Source: an uncultured Planctomycetia bacterium (lineage in GTDB: Bacteria > Omnitrophota > Gorgyraeia > 2-02-FULL-51-18). Taken from it: a stretch of DNA of 64,000 bases. Shown in pieces: positions 1 to 11,348 of the stretch. The notes under the pieces were generated by a model. That model had not been told where the DNA came from. It was given only the letters and a program-made list of their open reading frames with translations, and searched no databases. Position numbers and translations under genes: made by a program. The DNA is taken from positions 287,678 to 351,677 of the forward strand of contig CAZXLF010000002.1 in NCBI GenBank assembly GCA_964642015.1, given 5' to 3'. Position 1 is the first letter of the stretch. Every line of letters starts with the position of its first letter.

Positions 1-426
1 AGGAAGAAAAGGGTAGGCCGCGGCCGCGGTTCGGGTCATGGCAAAACGTCCGGCCGAGGGGAAAAAGGACAGAACGCTCGCGCATCGGGAGGTGTAAGGC
101 CGGGTTATGAAGGCGGACAAATGCCTTTGATCCGCCGTATTCCAAAGCGGGGATTCACATTTACTCCGAAACCAAAGTATGAGATCGTTTCTCTTGAATC
201 TCTGAACCGTTTCAGCGCGGGCACTGAAGTAACACCTGAACTTTTAAAGTCCGCTCGTCTTCTTGATAAGAAAAAACTTTATGTCAAAGTATTGGGGGAT
301 GGCGAATTAAAGCACGCATTGAAGATCCGGGCGCATGCATTTTCGAAATCGGCGCTTGAGAAGATCAAGAAAGCCGGTGGCCAAGCCAATGAGATCAAGC
401 CAGAACCGGTGAAGACGAACCCTTAA
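1..426 (+). CDS. rplO: 50S ribosomal protein L15 (5' end outside window)
   Basis: Frame open from base 1: RKKRVGRGRGSGHGKTSGRGEKGQ...GYEGGQMPLIRRIPKRGF; lies upstream of secY. Confidence 0.97.
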   Translation, partial: RKKRVGRGRGSGHGKTSGRGEKGQNARASGGVRPGYEGGQMPLIRRIPKRGFTFTPKPKYEIVSLESLNRFSAGTEVTPELLKSARLLDKKKLYVKVLGDGELKHALKIRAHAFSKSALEKIKKAGGQANEIKPEPVKTNP

Positions 427-435
427 GGAATCCCG

Positions 436-1797
436 GTGCTTCAGGCATTTGCGAATTCATTTAAAATACCTGATCTCAGAAAAAAGATTCTTTTTACCTT
501 AGGTATCATCGCGGTTTATCGGTTAGGGACTTATATCCCGACTCCGGGAATTGATGGTGCTAAGTTATCGATGTTCTTTGAAAATATAGCAAGGACCCAA
601 GGTGGCACGCTGTTCGGTGTGATGAATCTGTTCTCAGGCGGCGCGATCCATCGCTTGACCATATTTGCTTTAGGCATCATGCCTTATATTTCAAGCTCGA
701 TCATCATGCAGCTTTTGACCGTGGTGATCCCTTCGCTTGAAAAATTGGCCAAAGAAGGCCAGACCGGCTACAAGAGGATCAATCAATATACTCGATACGG
801 CACGATCGCTTTGTCGGTGATCCAGTCTTTCTTTATTGCTTTGTGGCTTGAGAATCCGGCACATTTTGGCGGCCTTGAGATTGTTGAATTTCCCGGCTGG
901 TCTTTCAGATTGTTAACGGTCCTGACTTTGACGACAGGTTCCACATTTATTATGTGGCTTGGAGAGCAGATACAGGAAAAAGGCATCGGGAACGGCATGT
1001 CGCTTTTGATATCGGCCGGTATCTTATCGCGTATTCCTACGGCGTTTGGGCAGATCATTACGTTGGTCAGTCCCGGCCGTTCGGGGAAGGCTCAAATGGA
1101 TCCGCTAACCGCTGTTTTTATGCTGGCGATCATGGTTGTGGCGATCGTTTTCGTCGTTTTTCTGACTTTGGGAGAACGTAAGATACCCGTGCAGTACCCT
1201 AAACGTGTCGTTGGCCGTAAAGTCATGGGTGGACAATCCGTTTTTATTCCCTTCAAGGTGAATAATGGCGGTGTGATGCCGATCATTTTTGCCCAATCGA
1301 TCATTTTGTTCCCTGCGACGATAGGTGTTTTTGTCCCGAATACATTTATTCAACAAGCGGCTAATGCGTTGGCGCACGGGACGATCGCATATACGATCCT
1401 AATGGCTCTTTTGATCCTTTTCTTCAGTTATTTTTATACAGCGATCGCATTCAACCCGGTCGATGTTGCGGACAACATGAAAAAATACGGCGGTTTTATC
1501 CCGGGGGTCAGACCTGGTACGCCGACAGCAGACTATATCGACTTTATTATTAACCGTGTAACATTACCGGGTGGAATTTTTTTAGCAATCATTGCTGTGG
1601 CGCCTGATTTGCTTGCTAAATGGTTGAATGTTCCTCATCAAGTGGCCGATTTTTTTGGCGGCACAGCGCTTCTGATCGTCGTCGGTGTCAGTTTGGATAC
1701 GATCAAACAGATCGAGTCACAGCTCATGATGCGTCATTACGAAGGTTTCATGAAACGTGGACGGATACGCGGCAGACAGCAGCAGCGTAATTATTGA
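436..1797 (+). CDS. secY: Preprotein translocase subunit SecY
   Basis: IFALGIMPYISSSIIMQLL, WLGEQI..KGIGNGMSLLI, FIPGVRPG motifs; spc operon position. Confidence 0.98.
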   Translation: MLQAFANSFKIPDLRKKILFTLGIIAVYRLGTYIPTPGIDGAKLSMFFENIARTQGGTLFGVMNLFSGGAIHRLTIFALGIMPYISSSIIMQLLTVVIPSLEKLAKEGQTGYKRINQYTRYGTIALSVIQSFFIALWLENPAHFGGLEIVEFPGWSFRLLTVLTLTTGSTFIMWLGEQIQEKGIGNGMSLLISAGILSRIPTAFGQIITLVSPGRSGKAQMDPLTAVFMLAIMVVAIVFVVFLTLGERKIPVQYPKRVVGRKVMGGQSVFIPFKVNNGGVMPIIFAQSIILFPATIGVFVPNTFIQQAANALAHGTIAYTILMALLILFFSYFYTAIAFNPVDVADNMKKYGGFIPGVRPGTPTADYIDFIINRVTLPGGIFLAIIAVAPDLLAKWLNVPHQVADFFGGTALLIVVGVSLDTIKQIESQLMMRHYEGFMKRGRIRGRQQQRNY

Positions 1798-1813
1798 GGG
1801 AAAGTTTAAAAAA

Positions 1814-2482
1814 TTGAGATTGGTTTTATTAGGTCCTCCAGGCGCGGGAAAAGGTACACAAGCGCAGGTTCTTTCTAAAGATTTGAATATACCGCATGTT
1901 TCCACAGGGGATATGCTCAGGGAAGCCTTGAAAGCCGCGACGCCGCTTGGCCTCAAAGCGAAAGAATATATGGAAAAGGGCGCTTTGGTTCCTGATGAAG
2001 TCGTGATCGCGCTGGTTTCCGAGCGTCTTTCCAAGGCTGACGCGAAAAAAGGTTTTATACTGGATGGTTTTCCCAGAACGCCTGAGCAGGCAGAGAATCT
2101 CGATGCGAGTTTAAAAAAACTCAAAATGCCTTTGGACCTGGTGCTGTATTTTAAGACAAGTCTGGCTGTGATCATTCGCCGCTTATCCGGGAGAAGGGTT
2201 TGCAGTCAGTGCGGTAAGAATTTTCATTTGACGAATTTCAAGCCGAAAGTCGATGGGGTCTGCGATGCGTGTGGCGGCAAGCTTTTTCAAAGGCCCGATG
2301 ACAAGGAAGAAACGATCGAAAATCGTCTGAAAGTATACGAACGGCAGACGGAACCGCTCATTGATTATTACAAGAAAAAAGGCACGTTGTACGAGACTTC
2401 CGGAGATCTGGAGGTTCAGCCTTTGAACGTTATTTTGCTGGATCTTTTCCAAAAAAGAGGGCTTTTGCCCGCGGCGGTATGA
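1814..2482 (+). CDS. adk: Adenylate kinase
   Basis: P-loop GPPGAGKGT, STGDMLR, LDGFPRT, Zn lid CxxC...CxxC; TTG start at 1814 inferred. Confidence 0.97.
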   Translation: MRLVLLGPPGAGKGTQAQVLSKDLNIPHVSTGDMLREALKAATPLGLKAKEYMEKGALVPDEVVIALVSERLSKADAKKGFILDGFPRTPEQAENLDASLKKLKMPLDLVLYFKTSLAVIIRRLSGRRVCSQCGKNFHLTNFKPKVDGVCDACGGKLFQRPDDKEETIENRLKVYERQTEPLIDYYKKKGTLYETSGDLEVQPLNVILLDLFQKRGLLPAAV

Positions 2483-3228
2483 GCGGGATCGAGCTGAAAA
2501 CAGAGCAAGAGCTGAGCGTTATGCGCTCCGCGGGCCGTATTGTTTCGAAACTCCTCAAGCTAATGGAAAAGGAAGTAAAACCGGGGATAACCACAAAAAA
2601 GCTTGATGTGATTGCCGAAGCTTTTATACGTGGCGAAGGTGCGGAACCGGCATTTAAAGGTTATTATGGTTTTCCGGCAAGTATCTGCGCGTCTGTGAAT
2701 GAAGAAGTTGTTCACGGGATTCCCGGAACAAAAATTTTGAAAGAAGGCGACATCATCGGCATTGATGTCGGGGTGAAACTCGACGGCTTTTATTCAGATG
2801 CGGCGCGCACTTTCGCGGTCGGCCGTATCGATAAAGAAAGCCAGCGCTTGATTGATATTACACGTGAAGCGATGGTGCGCGGGATAAGCCAGGCTATTGA
2901 AGGAAATCGGCTGACTGATATCTCATGGGCGGTGCAGCAATTCGCCGAAGATAACGGCTTATCCGTCGTAAAACAATATGTCGGCCATGGTATTGGACGG
3001 AACCTGCACGAAGAACCGCAGGTCCCTAATTACGGGAAACCGCAGCAGGGTCCGAAGCTCGTAGAAGGTATGGCGCTTGCGATCGAGCCGATGCTGAATG
3101 TGGGTTCGGCCGATGTGGAGCTTCTGTCCGACGGGTGGACAGTGGTCACCAAAGACCGTAAAAGGTCCGGGCATTTTGAGCAGACAATTTTTGTCCGTAA
3201 AACAAAAGCGGAGGTCGTTACTGAGTAG
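2479..3228 (+). CDS. map: Methionine aminopeptidase type I
   Basis: [31 protein letters not shown] motifs; follows adk. Confidence 0.97.
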   Translation: MSGIELKTEQELSVMRSAGRIVSKLLKLMEKEVKPGITTKKLDVIAEAFIRGEGAEPAFKGYYGFPASICASVNEEVVHGIPGTKILKEGDIIGIDVGVKLDGFYSDAARTFAVGRIDKESQRLIDITREAMVRGISQAIEGNRLTDISWAVQQFAEDNGLSVVKQYVGHGIGRNLHEEPQVPNYGKPQQGPKLVEGMALAIEPMLNVGSADVELLSDGWTVVTKDRKRSGHFEQTIFVRKTKAEVVTE

Positions 3229-3229
3229 T

Positions 3230-3448
3230 ATGGCTAAAGAAGAAGCAGTTCAGGTAGAGGGGACCGTTGTAGAATCATTGCCAAACGCAATGTTCCGCGT
3301 TGAACTGCAGAATCAGCATCTAGTGCTGGCGCATGTTTCAGGCAAGATGCGGATGAATTTTATCAGGATATTGCCGGGTGATAAAGTGATGCTGGAGTTG
3401 TCGCCTTACGATCTGACGCGCGGCCGCATCATTTATCGCGTGAAATAA
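3230..3448 (+). CDS. infA: Translation initiation factor IF-1
   Basis: [26 protein letters not shown]...[10 protein letters not shown], 72 aa from ATG 3230. Confidence 0.98.
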   Translation: MAKEEAVQVEGTVVESLPNAMFRVELQNQHLVLAHVSGKMRMNFIRILPGDKVMLELSPYDLTRGRIIYRVK

Positions 3449-3475
3449 AGTTAAATTGAGGGGAGCAGAAATAAA

Positions 3476-3589
3476 ATGAAGGTTAGGTCCAGTGTTAAAA
3501 AAATTTGCGGTAATTGCAAGATTGTGCGGCGCAAGCGTGTGGTCCGCGTGATCTGCGATAACCCTAAACATAAACAAAGACAAGGATAA
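3476..3589 (+). CDS. rpmJ: 50S ribosomal protein L36 (absent from ORF track)
   Basis: Manual translation [37 protein letters not shown]; GAGGGGAG SD upstream. Confidence 0.97.
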   Translation: MKVRSSVKKICGNCKIVRRKRVVRVICDNPKHKQRQG

Positions 3590-3594
3590 GCAGC

Positions 3595-4008
3595 ATGCCG
3601 AGAATCGTAGGGGTGGATATCCCCAAAGAGAAAAAAATTTACGTTTCGCTCAGCTATATCTATGGCATCGGGCGCAACAATTCGATCAAGATCCTGCAAC
3701 AGGCAGGCATTAGCCCCGATGTGCGGGCCAAAAGTCTCACAGAGGATGAAATTTCGCGGATCGCAGCTATTATCCAAAAAGATTACCGGACCGAAGGTAT
3801 CCTGAAGCGTGAGCTTACGATGAACATTAAGCGTTTAATGGATATCCAGTCCTATCGCGGAATGAGGCATAAGCGCGGATTACCTGTGCGCGGACAGCGT
3901 ACACGCACGAACGCCCGAACCCGTAAAGGTCCAAAGAAGACTATCGGAGCTCAGCGTAAGAAAGAGACTGCTCCTGCAGCAAAACCGGCCGAAGCGAAGA
4001 AGGCCTAA
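3595..4008 (+). CDS. rpsM: 30S ribosomal protein S13
   Basis: [36 protein letters not shown]. Confidence 0.98.
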   Translation: MPRIVGVDIPKEKKIYVSLSYIYGIGRNNSIKILQQAGISPDVRAKSLTEDEISRIAAIIQKDYRTEGILKRELTMNIKRLMDIQSYRGMRHKRGLPVRGQRTRTNARTRKGPKKTIGAQRKKETAPAAKPAEAKKA

Positions 4009-4029
4009 AAAGAAAGGGAGTTAAACGAG

Positions 4030-4422
4030 GTGGCGAAGTCTAAAAAATTCAAATCAAGAAAAAAAGTCGTGCGTCATGTGTCCGAAGGTATCGCGCATAT
4101 TTTGGCGACATTCAATAATACGATCGTGACCGTGACCGATCGTTCGGGTAATGTTATTGCGTGGGCAAGCTGTGGTTCAACCGGATTTTCAGGGTCCAAG
4201 AAATCTACACCATTTGCTGCGCAGGTCACAGCTGAAGCTGTAGGCAAAAAGGCAGTGGAGCATGGGATGAAGACGATAGAGGTTTTTGTAAAAGGTCCTG
4301 GATCTGGCAGAGAGTCAGCTATTCGAGCCCTTCAAGCCGCCGGTCTTTCGATCAGCGTGATCAAGGATGTCACGCCTATTCCGCACAACGGCTGCAGGCC
4401 TCCTAAGAGAAGGAGGGTCTGA
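4030..4422 (+). CDS. rpsK: 30S ribosomal protein S11
   Basis: [35 protein letters not shown]. Confidence 0.98.
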   Translation: MAKSKKFKSRKKVVRHVSEGIAHILATFNNTIVTVTDRSGNVIAWASCGSTGFSGSKKSTPFAAQVTAEAVGKKAVEHGMKTIEVFVKGPGSGRESAIRALQAAGLSISVIKDVTPIPHNGCRPPKRRRV

Positions 4423-4424
4423 CG

Positions 4425-5051
4425 ATGGCTCGATACAATGCTTCTGTGTGCCGTCTTTGCCGCCGCGAAAAGGTTAAATTATTTCTCAAGGGAACACGTT
4501 GCTATACACCCAAATGTGCGGTTGAAAAACGCGAATATGCTCCGGGCATGCACGGTCAGGGCCGGCAAAAGTTGTCTGATTATGGCGTGCAGCTCAGGGA
4601 AAAACAAAAAGTAAAGCGCATTTATGGCGTGCTCGAAAGACAGTTTAAGTTTTATTTCAGGAATGCGACAAGGTCTAAGGGCGTTACCGGCGCCGCTTTA
4701 TTGGTATCACTGGAAAGACGCCTGGACAATGCAGTTTTTCGCATGGGCATCGTGGGTTCCAGGGCTGAGGCCCGGCAGGTCGTTCGTCATGGGCATGCTT
4801 GGGTGAACGACCGACAGGTAAACATCCCATCCTATCCGCTGAACGCCGGCGATAAAATACAAATTAAAGCGACCGATAAAATGAACGAGCGTTTTAAAAC
4901 TGTTTTAGAACAAAATAAGGATCAAAAGAAGGCTGAGTGGCTTGACATGGATGAGGCGAATTTTAAGGCCACCGTCAAGAAGCTTCCGGAGCGTTCCGAT
5001 ATTCAAATGCCAATTCAAGAGCAGTTGATTGTAGAACTTTATTCGAAATAA
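4425..5051 (+). CDS. rpsD: 30S ribosomal protein S4
   Basis: CRLCRRE, SDYGVQLREKQK, LERRLDN, EQLIVELYSK. Confidence 0.98.
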   Translation: MARYNASVCRLCRREKVKLFLKGTRCYTPKCAVEKREYAPGMHGQGRQKLSDYGVQLREKQKVKRIYGVLERQFKFYFRNATRSKGVTGAALLVSLERRLDNAVFRMGIVGSRAEARQVVRHGHAWVNDRQVNIPSYPLNAGDKIQIKATDKMNERFKTVLEQNKDQKKAEWLDMDEANFKATVKKLPERSDIQMPIQEQLIVELYSK

Positions 5052-5069
5052 ATCGAAGGGAGAGACCCA

Positions 5070-6074
5070 ATGGGAATTGTTTTAAGATCATTTGAAATAC
5101 CTAAGAAACTTGAGTGCGATGAGGAGTCGCTGACCAACGAATACGGCAAGTTCGTGGCCGAGCCGTTCGAAAGAGGTTACGGGGTTACGATCGGGAATTC
5201 ATTGCGGCGCGTACTTCTTTCATCTTTAGAAGGTGCTGCGGTGACGTCTATCAAAATTGATGGTGTTTCGCACGAATTCGGAACATTACCTGGTGTGGTT
5301 GAAGATGTTACTGAAATAGTTTTGAACGTTAAGAATCTTGTTTTAAGATCGCATACCCGGACGCCAAAAGTTCTCCGTATCGAGGTTGATCAGAAACAGG
5401 AAGTAACAGCCAAAGACATCATTACAGATGATACCGTGGAAGTCATCAACCCGGATCTTCATATTGCAACGGTCACCAAGAATGTCAAATTCCATATGGA
5501 GCTTGAAGTTCAGAAGGGCCGTGGATATGTTCCTGCCGACCGCAATAAGAAGGAAGGACAGCCTATAGGCGTGATCGCGATCGATTCTATTTTTACGCCT
5601 GTGAAGCGTGTGAATTTTCACGTTGAAGATACGCGCGTCGGGCAAATGACCGATTACGACAAGCTTATCATTGAGGTTTGGACGAACGGAAGCATTTCCC
5701 CTAAAGACTCGATGCTTTATGCCTCGAATATTTTGCAGAGGCACCTGGACGTGTTCGTGAATTTTGGCAAGCTGCCTGAGGAAGACATCGCGACCGAGCC
5801 GGCTGATAATAAAGAAGACGAGCTTTATAAGAGATTGGCTCAGCCGGTGTCCGAAATGGAGCTCTCAGTCCGCAGTGCGAACTGCTTGCGCGAAGCGCAT
5901 ATCAAGACGATCGGTGATCTTGTCAAAAAGACCGAAATGGAAATGCTCAAATACCGCAATTTCGGCAAAAAATCTCTGACCGAGATCACGAATATCTTGA
6001 AAGATATGGGCCTTGGATTCGGGATAACCGTTGACGAGAAAAAACTCAAAGAATATTCCGGAGAGTCTGAATGA
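5070..6074 (+). CDS. rpoA: RNA polymerase alpha subunit
   Basis: EPFERGYGVTIGNSLRRVLLSS, ELSVRSANCL, RNFGKKSL. Confidence 0.98.
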   Translation: MGIVLRSFEIPKKLECDEESLTNEYGKFVAEPFERGYGVTIGNSLRRVLLSSLEGAAVTSIKIDGVSHEFGTLPGVVEDVTEIVLNVKNLVLRSHTRTPKVLRIEVDQKQEVTAKDIITDDTVEVINPDLHIATVTKNVKFHMELEVQKGRGYVPADRNKKEGQPIGVIAIDSIFTPVKRVNFHVEDTRVGQMTDYDKLIIEVWTNGSISPKDSMLYASNILQRHLDVFVNFGKLPEEDIATEPADNKEDELYKRLAQPVSEMELSVRSANCLREAHIKTIGDLVKKTEMEMLKYRNFGKKSLTEITNILKDMGLGFGITVDEKKLKEYSGESE

Positions 6075-6652
6075 GACATAATCGCCAAACTCACCGCTTA
6101 GGAAGAAATTTCTCCGAGCGCCAAGCTTTACTTGAGAACTTGGTCACGAGTCTTTTGAAGCATCAGGAGATCAAGACGACGCTTCAGAAGGCCAAGGCCG
6201 CGAAGCGTCTGGCAGACCATGTTATTACGCTTGGCAAGAATGACACTCTGCATTCTCGCCGCCAGGTGTTTTCTTTCATTCAGGACCATCAGCTAACCTC
6301 GAAAGTTTTCAAAGAAGTCGCCCCGCGTTTTAAAAGCAGGAACGGCGGTTATACCCGCATCCTTCAGATCAACAAAAGGAAAGGGGATGGCGCGCAGCTA
6401 GCGATATTAGAGCTGACGGAGAAGGAGATCATCGTTAAAGAGCCCAAAAAGACCAAGAAAAAGGACGCCAAACCTCACAAAGGCCATGATCACGATCATG
6501 ACCATGAAGCTCACGAGGCGCGCGAAGAGCGGCCGAAAGCTAAGGAAAAGGAAGCGCAATTTCCGAAGCACGACGAGCCGAAGAAGGAAAAACCTAAGAC
6601 AGGGTTCTTCAAGAATCTTGGCAAGTTCTTCAGGAACAAAGGCGGGGGCTGA
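6071..6652 (+). CDS. rplQ: 50S ribosomal protein L17 with charged/His-rich C-terminal extension
   Basis: MRH...LGR, IKTTLQKAK, RNGGYTRI, RKGDGAQLAILEL; about 75 extra C-terminal residues. Confidence 0.97.
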   Translation: MRHNRQTHRLGRNFSERQALLENLVTSLLKHQEIKTTLQKAKAAKRLADHVITLGKNDTLHSRRQVFSFIQDHQLTSKVFKEVAPRFKSRNGGYTRILQINKRKGDGAQLAILELTEKEIIVKEPKKTKKKDAKPHKGHDHDHDHEAHEAREERPKAKEKEAQFPKHDEPKKEKPKTGFFKNLGKFFRNKGGG

Positions 6653-6685
6653 GGATAAAAAAGTAAGTTCATAGGAAGTTTGTCG

Positions 6686-6721
6686 ATTGCCTCTTTTGGA
6701 TTCAAAAGAGGCAATTTTTTT
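6686..6721 (+). terminator. Intrinsic terminator of the ribosomal operon
   Basis: ATTGCCTCTTTTG-gatt-CAAAAGAGGCAAT perfect stem followed by a T run. Confidence 0.85.
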
Positions 6722-6768
6722 GGTACAATAACTCGTTATTTTTTGCAAAAGATCATGGGAAAAATGTC

Positions 6769-7935
6769 ATGAAAATCGCTTTGCGCATGTCGCAGGTCTC
6801 TCCGTCGGCGACCCTGAAATTGACCTCCAAAGCAAAGGAGATGAAGTTAAAGGGTCTGCCGGTGATCAATTTTGGAGCCGGAGAGCCGGATTTTGACACG
6901 CCTCAGGCAGTAAAAGATGAAGCTGTCAAATCTTTGAACGCGGGTTTTACTAAATATACTCCGACATCGGGCACGCCGGAACTGCGTGAAGCGGTTTGCA
7001 GAAAGTTTCAGGAAGATCAAGGTTTGGCGTATAAGCCCGAGAACGTTGTCATTTCCTGCGGCGCGAAACATTCTCTTTATAACCTGATGCAGGTGCTTTG
7101 CGATGCAGGGGATGAAATATTGATTCCCGCGCCTTATTGGGTGAGTTATCCTGAAATGGTTTATTTGGCCGGGGGAAAACCGGTTTTTATCCAGACTTCG
7201 CAGACTGAAGGTTTCCGGCTCACAGCTGAGAAATTAAAAGCTTCGATCACTCCAAAAAGCAAAATACTAATTTTGAACAGTCCTTCGAATCCAACCGGTG
7301 GGATTTTGGAGGAAAAAGATCTGAGAGCGATCGGAGAGATCGTTCTGAAAAATAATCTGATCGTTATCAGCGATGAAATTTATGAATATTATCTTTATAA
7401 AAATTTCAAGCACGTTTCGATCGCATCCTTGAGTGACGAGCTTAAAAGATGCACTTTTGTTGTGAATGGGACATCAAAAAGTTATTCAATGACGGGTTTG
7501 CGTATTGGTTATCTTGCCGGAGACGCCGAAGTCGTGAAAAAGATCGGCATTCTGCAGGATCATTCGACTTCCAATCCCACTTCGATCAGCCAAAAGATGG
7601 CTGTAGCTGCTTTGGCTCTTCCGAAAAGCTACAGGGAAAACGTCAGGCAGATCTTTGAGAAGCGAAGCCAGTTGATCGTGGATCTTCTTTCAAAGGCGCC
7701 GGGCTTTAAACCTTTCGCGCCTGAAGGCGCTTTTTACGTTTTTTGCGATATTGAAGGGACTAAACTTGCGTCGGAAGTGCTTTGTGACCGGTTGCTTGAG
7801 GAAATTTATGTTGCGGTGATCCCGGGGAAAAGTTTTGGATCGGATAAACACGTGCGTTTTAGTTTTGCATCCAGCGAAAAAGACATCGAAGAGGGTGTAA
7901 AAAAAATAATAGAATGGACGAAAAAAAAGGTATAA
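6769..7935 (+). CDS. PLP-dependent aspartate aminotransferase (class I/II)
   Basis: [33 protein letters not shown] (PLP lysine). Confidence 0.92.
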   Translation: MKIALRMSQVSPSATLKLTSKAKEMKLKGLPVINFGAGEPDFDTPQAVKDEAVKSLNAGFTKYTPTSGTPELREAVCRKFQEDQGLAYKPENVVISCGAKHSLYNLMQVLCDAGDEILIPAPYWVSYPEMVYLAGGKPVFIQTSQTEGFRLTAEKLKASITPKSKILILNSPSNPTGGILEEKDLRAIGEIVLKNNLIVISDEIYEYYLYKNFKHVSIASLSDELKRCTFVVNGTSKSYSMTGLRIGYLAGDAEVVKKIGILQDHSTSNPTSISQKMAVAALALPKSYRENVRQIFEKRSQLIVDLLSKAPGFKPFAPEGAFYVFCDIEGTKLASEVLCDRLLEEIYVAVIPGKSFGSDKHVRFSFASSEKDIEEGVKKIIEWTKKKV

Positions 7936-7939
7936 CGCA

Positions 7940-9037
7940 ATGGCAAAGAGAAAAGTTACATTGATTCCCGGCGATGGTATAGGGCCCGAAGTCTCGCTTG
8001 CGGCACAGCGCTGCATCGAATCTACCGGTGTTGCGATCGAGTGGGAAGTCGTACAAGCCGGCGCCGAAGTAATGGTGGAAAAGGGCACGCCGCTTCCGGA
8101 TGAGGTATTGGAATCCATCCGCAAAAATAAATTGGCGATCAAAGGCCCGGTGACAACACCGATCGGTTCGGGTTTTCGCTCTGTCAATGTCGCTTTGAGA
8201 AAAGAGCTTGATCTGTTCGCTTGCCTCAGACCTTGCAAATTGTATCCTGGCGTGAAAAGCATCGATGATAAAGTGAATTTGATCATTGTCCGTGAAAATA
8301 CAGAAGATCTTTACGCCGGTATTGAATTCGATGCGCGTTCGAAAGAAGCGGACGCATTGGTGCACAAGATTAAGGAACTGGACCCGAAAGCGAAATTCAA
8401 CCCGCATCCGGCAATCAGTATCAAACCGATTTCGCAGAAGGCGACCGAACGTATCGTACGTTTTGCTTTTGAGACAGCGATCCAAAATAAGCGCAAGAAG
8501 GTGACGGCAGTTCATAAAGCAAATATCATGAAATGCACGGATGGTCTTTTTTTGAAAGTTGCCAAGGATGTTGCCAAAGAATATGAAGGAAAAATTTTAT
8601 TCGAAGATCGCATCGTGGACAACATGTGCATGCAGCTTGTTCAGCGGCCGACCGAATACGACGTTGTCGTACTGCCGAATTTATACGGTGATATTGTTTC
8701 TGATCTTTGCGCGGGTTTGATCGGAGGGTTAGGAGTGGCTCCAGGCGCGAACATCGGAGACGGAGTCGCATTGTTCGAAGCGACCCACGGAAGCGCTCCT
8801 AAGTACAAAGGCATGAATAAAGCAAATCCTACAGCCATGATTCTTTCGGGGATGCTGCTTTTGCGTTACATGGGAGAAAGCAAGGCTGCGGATCGTCTCG
8901 AAAATGCTGTAGCGCAAGTTTTAAAAGAAGGTCGTTCGGTGACGTATGATCTCAAAAAAGACCGAAATGATCCGACAGCCGTTGGTACGAGCCAAATGGC
9001 TGACGCCATCGTCAAAGCTGTCAAATCGATGCAATGA
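7940..9037 (+). CDS. icd: Isocitrate dehydrogenase (NAD-type; isocitrate/isopropylmalate family)
   Basis: [62 protein letters not shown]. Confidence 0.85.
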   Translation: MAKRKVTLIPGDGIGPEVSLAAQRCIESTGVAIEWEVVQAGAEVMVEKGTPLPDEVLESIRKNKLAIKGPVTTPIGSGFRSVNVALRKELDLFACLRPCKLYPGVKSIDDKVNLIIVRENTEDLYAGIEFDARSKEADALVHKIKELDPKAKFNPHPAISIKPISQKATERIVRFAFETAIQNKRKKVTAVHKANIMKCTDGLFLKVAKDVAKEYEGKILFEDRIVDNMCMQLVQRPTEYDVVVLPNLYGDIVSDLCAGLIGGLGVAPGANIGDGVALFEATHGSAPKYKGMNKANPTAMILSGMLLLRYMGESKAADRLENAVAQVLKEGRSVTYDLKKDRNDPTAVGTSQMADAIVKAVKSMQ

Positions 9038-10410
9038 CCGCCGAATTTGACCTTCTTGTTTTAGGAGGAGGGCCGGGCGGATATGTGGCTGCGTTGCGGA
9101 GCGCGCAACTGGGTTTGAAGGTTTGCCTTGTAGAGAAAGATTTTTTGGGAGGCGTTTGCCTTAATCGCGGCTGTATTCCTTCCAAAACGCTTTTGGCAGG
9201 GACAGAGCTTTTTTTTAAGATCGAAAAAGCATCCGAGTGGGGTATTCAGCTCAGCGGAAAGCCAGCTTGGAATATTCCAAAGCTCTTTGAAAAAAAGGAT
9301 GAGGTTATCCGGCGCATGCGTCAGGGCCTGGATGCCCTTTGCCAAAAAAGAAAAGTATTCATCGTAAAAGGCGCCGGTGTTTTGAAAAGTCCTACGCAAG
9401 TGCAGGTGGGAAACGAAGTTTATAAGGCAAAACACATTATCTTGGCCACCGGTTCGTCTTCGAGAGAACTTGATCTTGGTTTGAAGGATAAGAACGGCGT
9501 TTTTTCAAGCGAAGAAGCGCTATCTCCAAAAAGCATTCCTTCGAAACTTCTGATCCTGGGCGGAGGTCCGGAAGGATGTGAATTCGCGTTGATCTACCGA
9601 GGTCTCGGGTCAAAAGTTTTCTTGGTAGAAGCTAAAGACAGGCTTTTACCAGGTTTTGACCGCGACGCGAGCGCAGCGATCAAGCGTGCTCTTATTGCCA
9701 AAGGTATCGAAATCGAGACTGGAGAAACTTTGCTGCAGGCAGTCAAAGCAAAAGACGGCATTCAGGCAAAATTAAAATCGGGAAAAGAATTATCCGTCGA
9801 CGCGATCCTGGTTTCTGTGGGTCGAGTTCCGAATTCGTATGGAATAGGGCTTGAAATCGCTGGAGTGGCTTGTAATGAAAAAAAAGCTGTGACCACGGAT
9901 AAAAATCTCAAAACCAGCGTTGATTCGATCTATGCGATCGGCGACTTGGCGGGAAAATATATGATGGCGCATTCGGCATCCTATGAAGGGTATGCTGTTG
10001 CCAGCGGGCTTGCCGGAAAAAAAGAAAAATTAGATTACACGGCTGTCCCGTCAGTCGTTTATACTTATCCGGAAATCGCGGAAGTCGGTCTAAATGAAGA
10101 GAAAGCGGCAGCGCAGAATATTCCCTATGAGATCGGAAGGTTTTCTTTCATGGCGCTCGGTCGTGCGCAGGCTAAAGGGCAGACAGAAGGTTTTGTGAAG
10201 ATCATCGGACACTCCAAAACGAATCAAATACTTGGCGGAGTGATCGTGGGCGACGGGGGAGCGGAATTGATCAATATGATCTCGCTGGCGATCAAACATC
10301 AATTAAAAGTGGATGATCTGAGAGGGCATTTATCTCCTCATCCGAGTGCTTCTGAGGCCGTCGTTGAAGCAGCGCATTTATTTTTTAAGGAAGGACTGCA
10401 TTTTGCCTAG
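9034..10410 (+). CDS. lpdA: Dihydrolipoamide dehydrogenase
   Basis: GGGPGGY, redox disulfide [14 protein letters not shown]-terminal HPSASE. Confidence 0.93.
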   Translation: MTAEFDLLVLGGGPGGYVAALRSAQLGLKVCLVEKDFLGGVCLNRGCIPSKTLLAGTELFFKIEKASEWGIQLSGKPAWNIPKLFEKKDEVIRRMRQGLDALCQKRKVFIVKGAGVLKSPTQVQVGNEVYKAKHIILATGSSSRELDLGLKDKNGVFSSEEALSPKSIPSKLLILGGGPEGCEFALIYRGLGSKVFLVEAKDRLLPGFDRDASAAIKRALIAKGIEIETGETLLQAVKAKDGIQAKLKSGKELSVDAILVSVGRVPNSYGIGLEIAGVACNEKKAVTTDKNLKTSVDSIYAIGDLAGKYMMAHSASYEGYAVASGLAGKKEKLDYTAVPSVVYTYPEIAEVGLNEEKAAAQNIPYEIGRFSFMALGRAQAKGQTEGFVKIIGHSKTNQILGGVIVGDGGAELINMISLAIKHQLKVDDLRGHLSPHPSASEAVVEAAHLFFKEGLHFA

Positions 10411-11347
10411 AGCGCTTGAAAATTTTAAAGAAAACCGTGCGACTGAGCGCCGTTTGCCGAATTGGCTTCGTATGAATTTGGCTGTAGGTCAGGAGGCCGT
10501 TCGGACGGATGCGGTATTAAAAGAGTTCGGGCTTCATACGATCTGTGAAAGCGGCAGGTGCCCAAACCGCGATCATTGTTATTCGCAAAAGACCGCGACG
10601 TTCATGATCATGGGCGATATTTGCACGAGGAGCTGTCACTTTTGCTCGGTGAGCACAGGGCGTCCGGATGCTTTGGATCTCGATGAGCCCAGACGCGTCG
10701 CCGAAGCGGTAAAGATTTTGGGCTTGAAGCACGTCGTTGTGACGTCAGTGAATCGTGACGATCTTCAAGATGAAGGTGCGGAGCATTTTGCGCAGGTAAT
10801 CCGTGCTTTGAGGGCGAATTCCAAAGACATGATTATCGAAATTTTGACGCCGGATTTTCGAAAAACACAGGCGGATGCGGTCAGGTTAATCTTGAAGGAG
10901 TTGCCGGATATTTTTAATCATAATACCGAAACGGTCCCGCGTCTCTATAAAGAAGTCCGGCCGCAAGGGGATTATAAACGGTCGCTTCAGATCTTTCGCG
11001 AAATTCGTAGGCAAAGCGACCGCGTGATCACGAAAAGCGGTTTGATGCTGGGGCTGGGTGAAACAAAACAGGAAGTACTTGAAGTGTTGAGAGATCTTAG
11101 ATTGGCTGATTGCGAAATGCTGACGTTGGGACAATATTTGAAATCCAGCGCCGCGGGCTTGCCCGTGGCCGAATACATCCATCCCCAGCAATTTTTATTT
11201 TATAAGAATGAAGCGTTGAAAATGGGGTTTACATGGGTCGAAAGCGCTCCCTTTGTAAGAAGCTCTTTTCACGCAAAAGAATCCTTTGAGGCGCTGCAAT
11301 CATCGCTGGCGGCACGCCGTCAGGCAAAATTAATAGAGAGGAATTAA
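10403..11347 (+). CDS. lipA: Lipoyl synthase
   Basis: CESGRCPNRDHC and CTRSCHFC cluster motifs, RSSFHA; TTG start at 10403 after AAGGAAGGA inferred. Confidence 0.95.
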   Translation: MPRALENFKENRATERRLPNWLRMNLAVGQEAVRTDAVLKEFGLHTICESGRCPNRDHCYSQKTATFMIMGDICTRSCHFCSVSTGRPDALDLDEPRRVAEAVKILGLKHVVVTSVNRDDLQDEGAEHFAQVIRALRANSKDMIIEILTPDFRKTQADAVRLILKELPDIFNHNTETVPRLYKEVRPQGDYKRSLQIFREIRRQSDRVITKSGLMLGLGETKQEVLEVLRDLRLADCEMLTLGQYLKSSAAGLPVAEYIHPQQFLFYKNEALKMGFTWVESAPFVRSSFHAKESFEALQSSLAARRQAKLIERN

Positions 11348-11348
11348 C

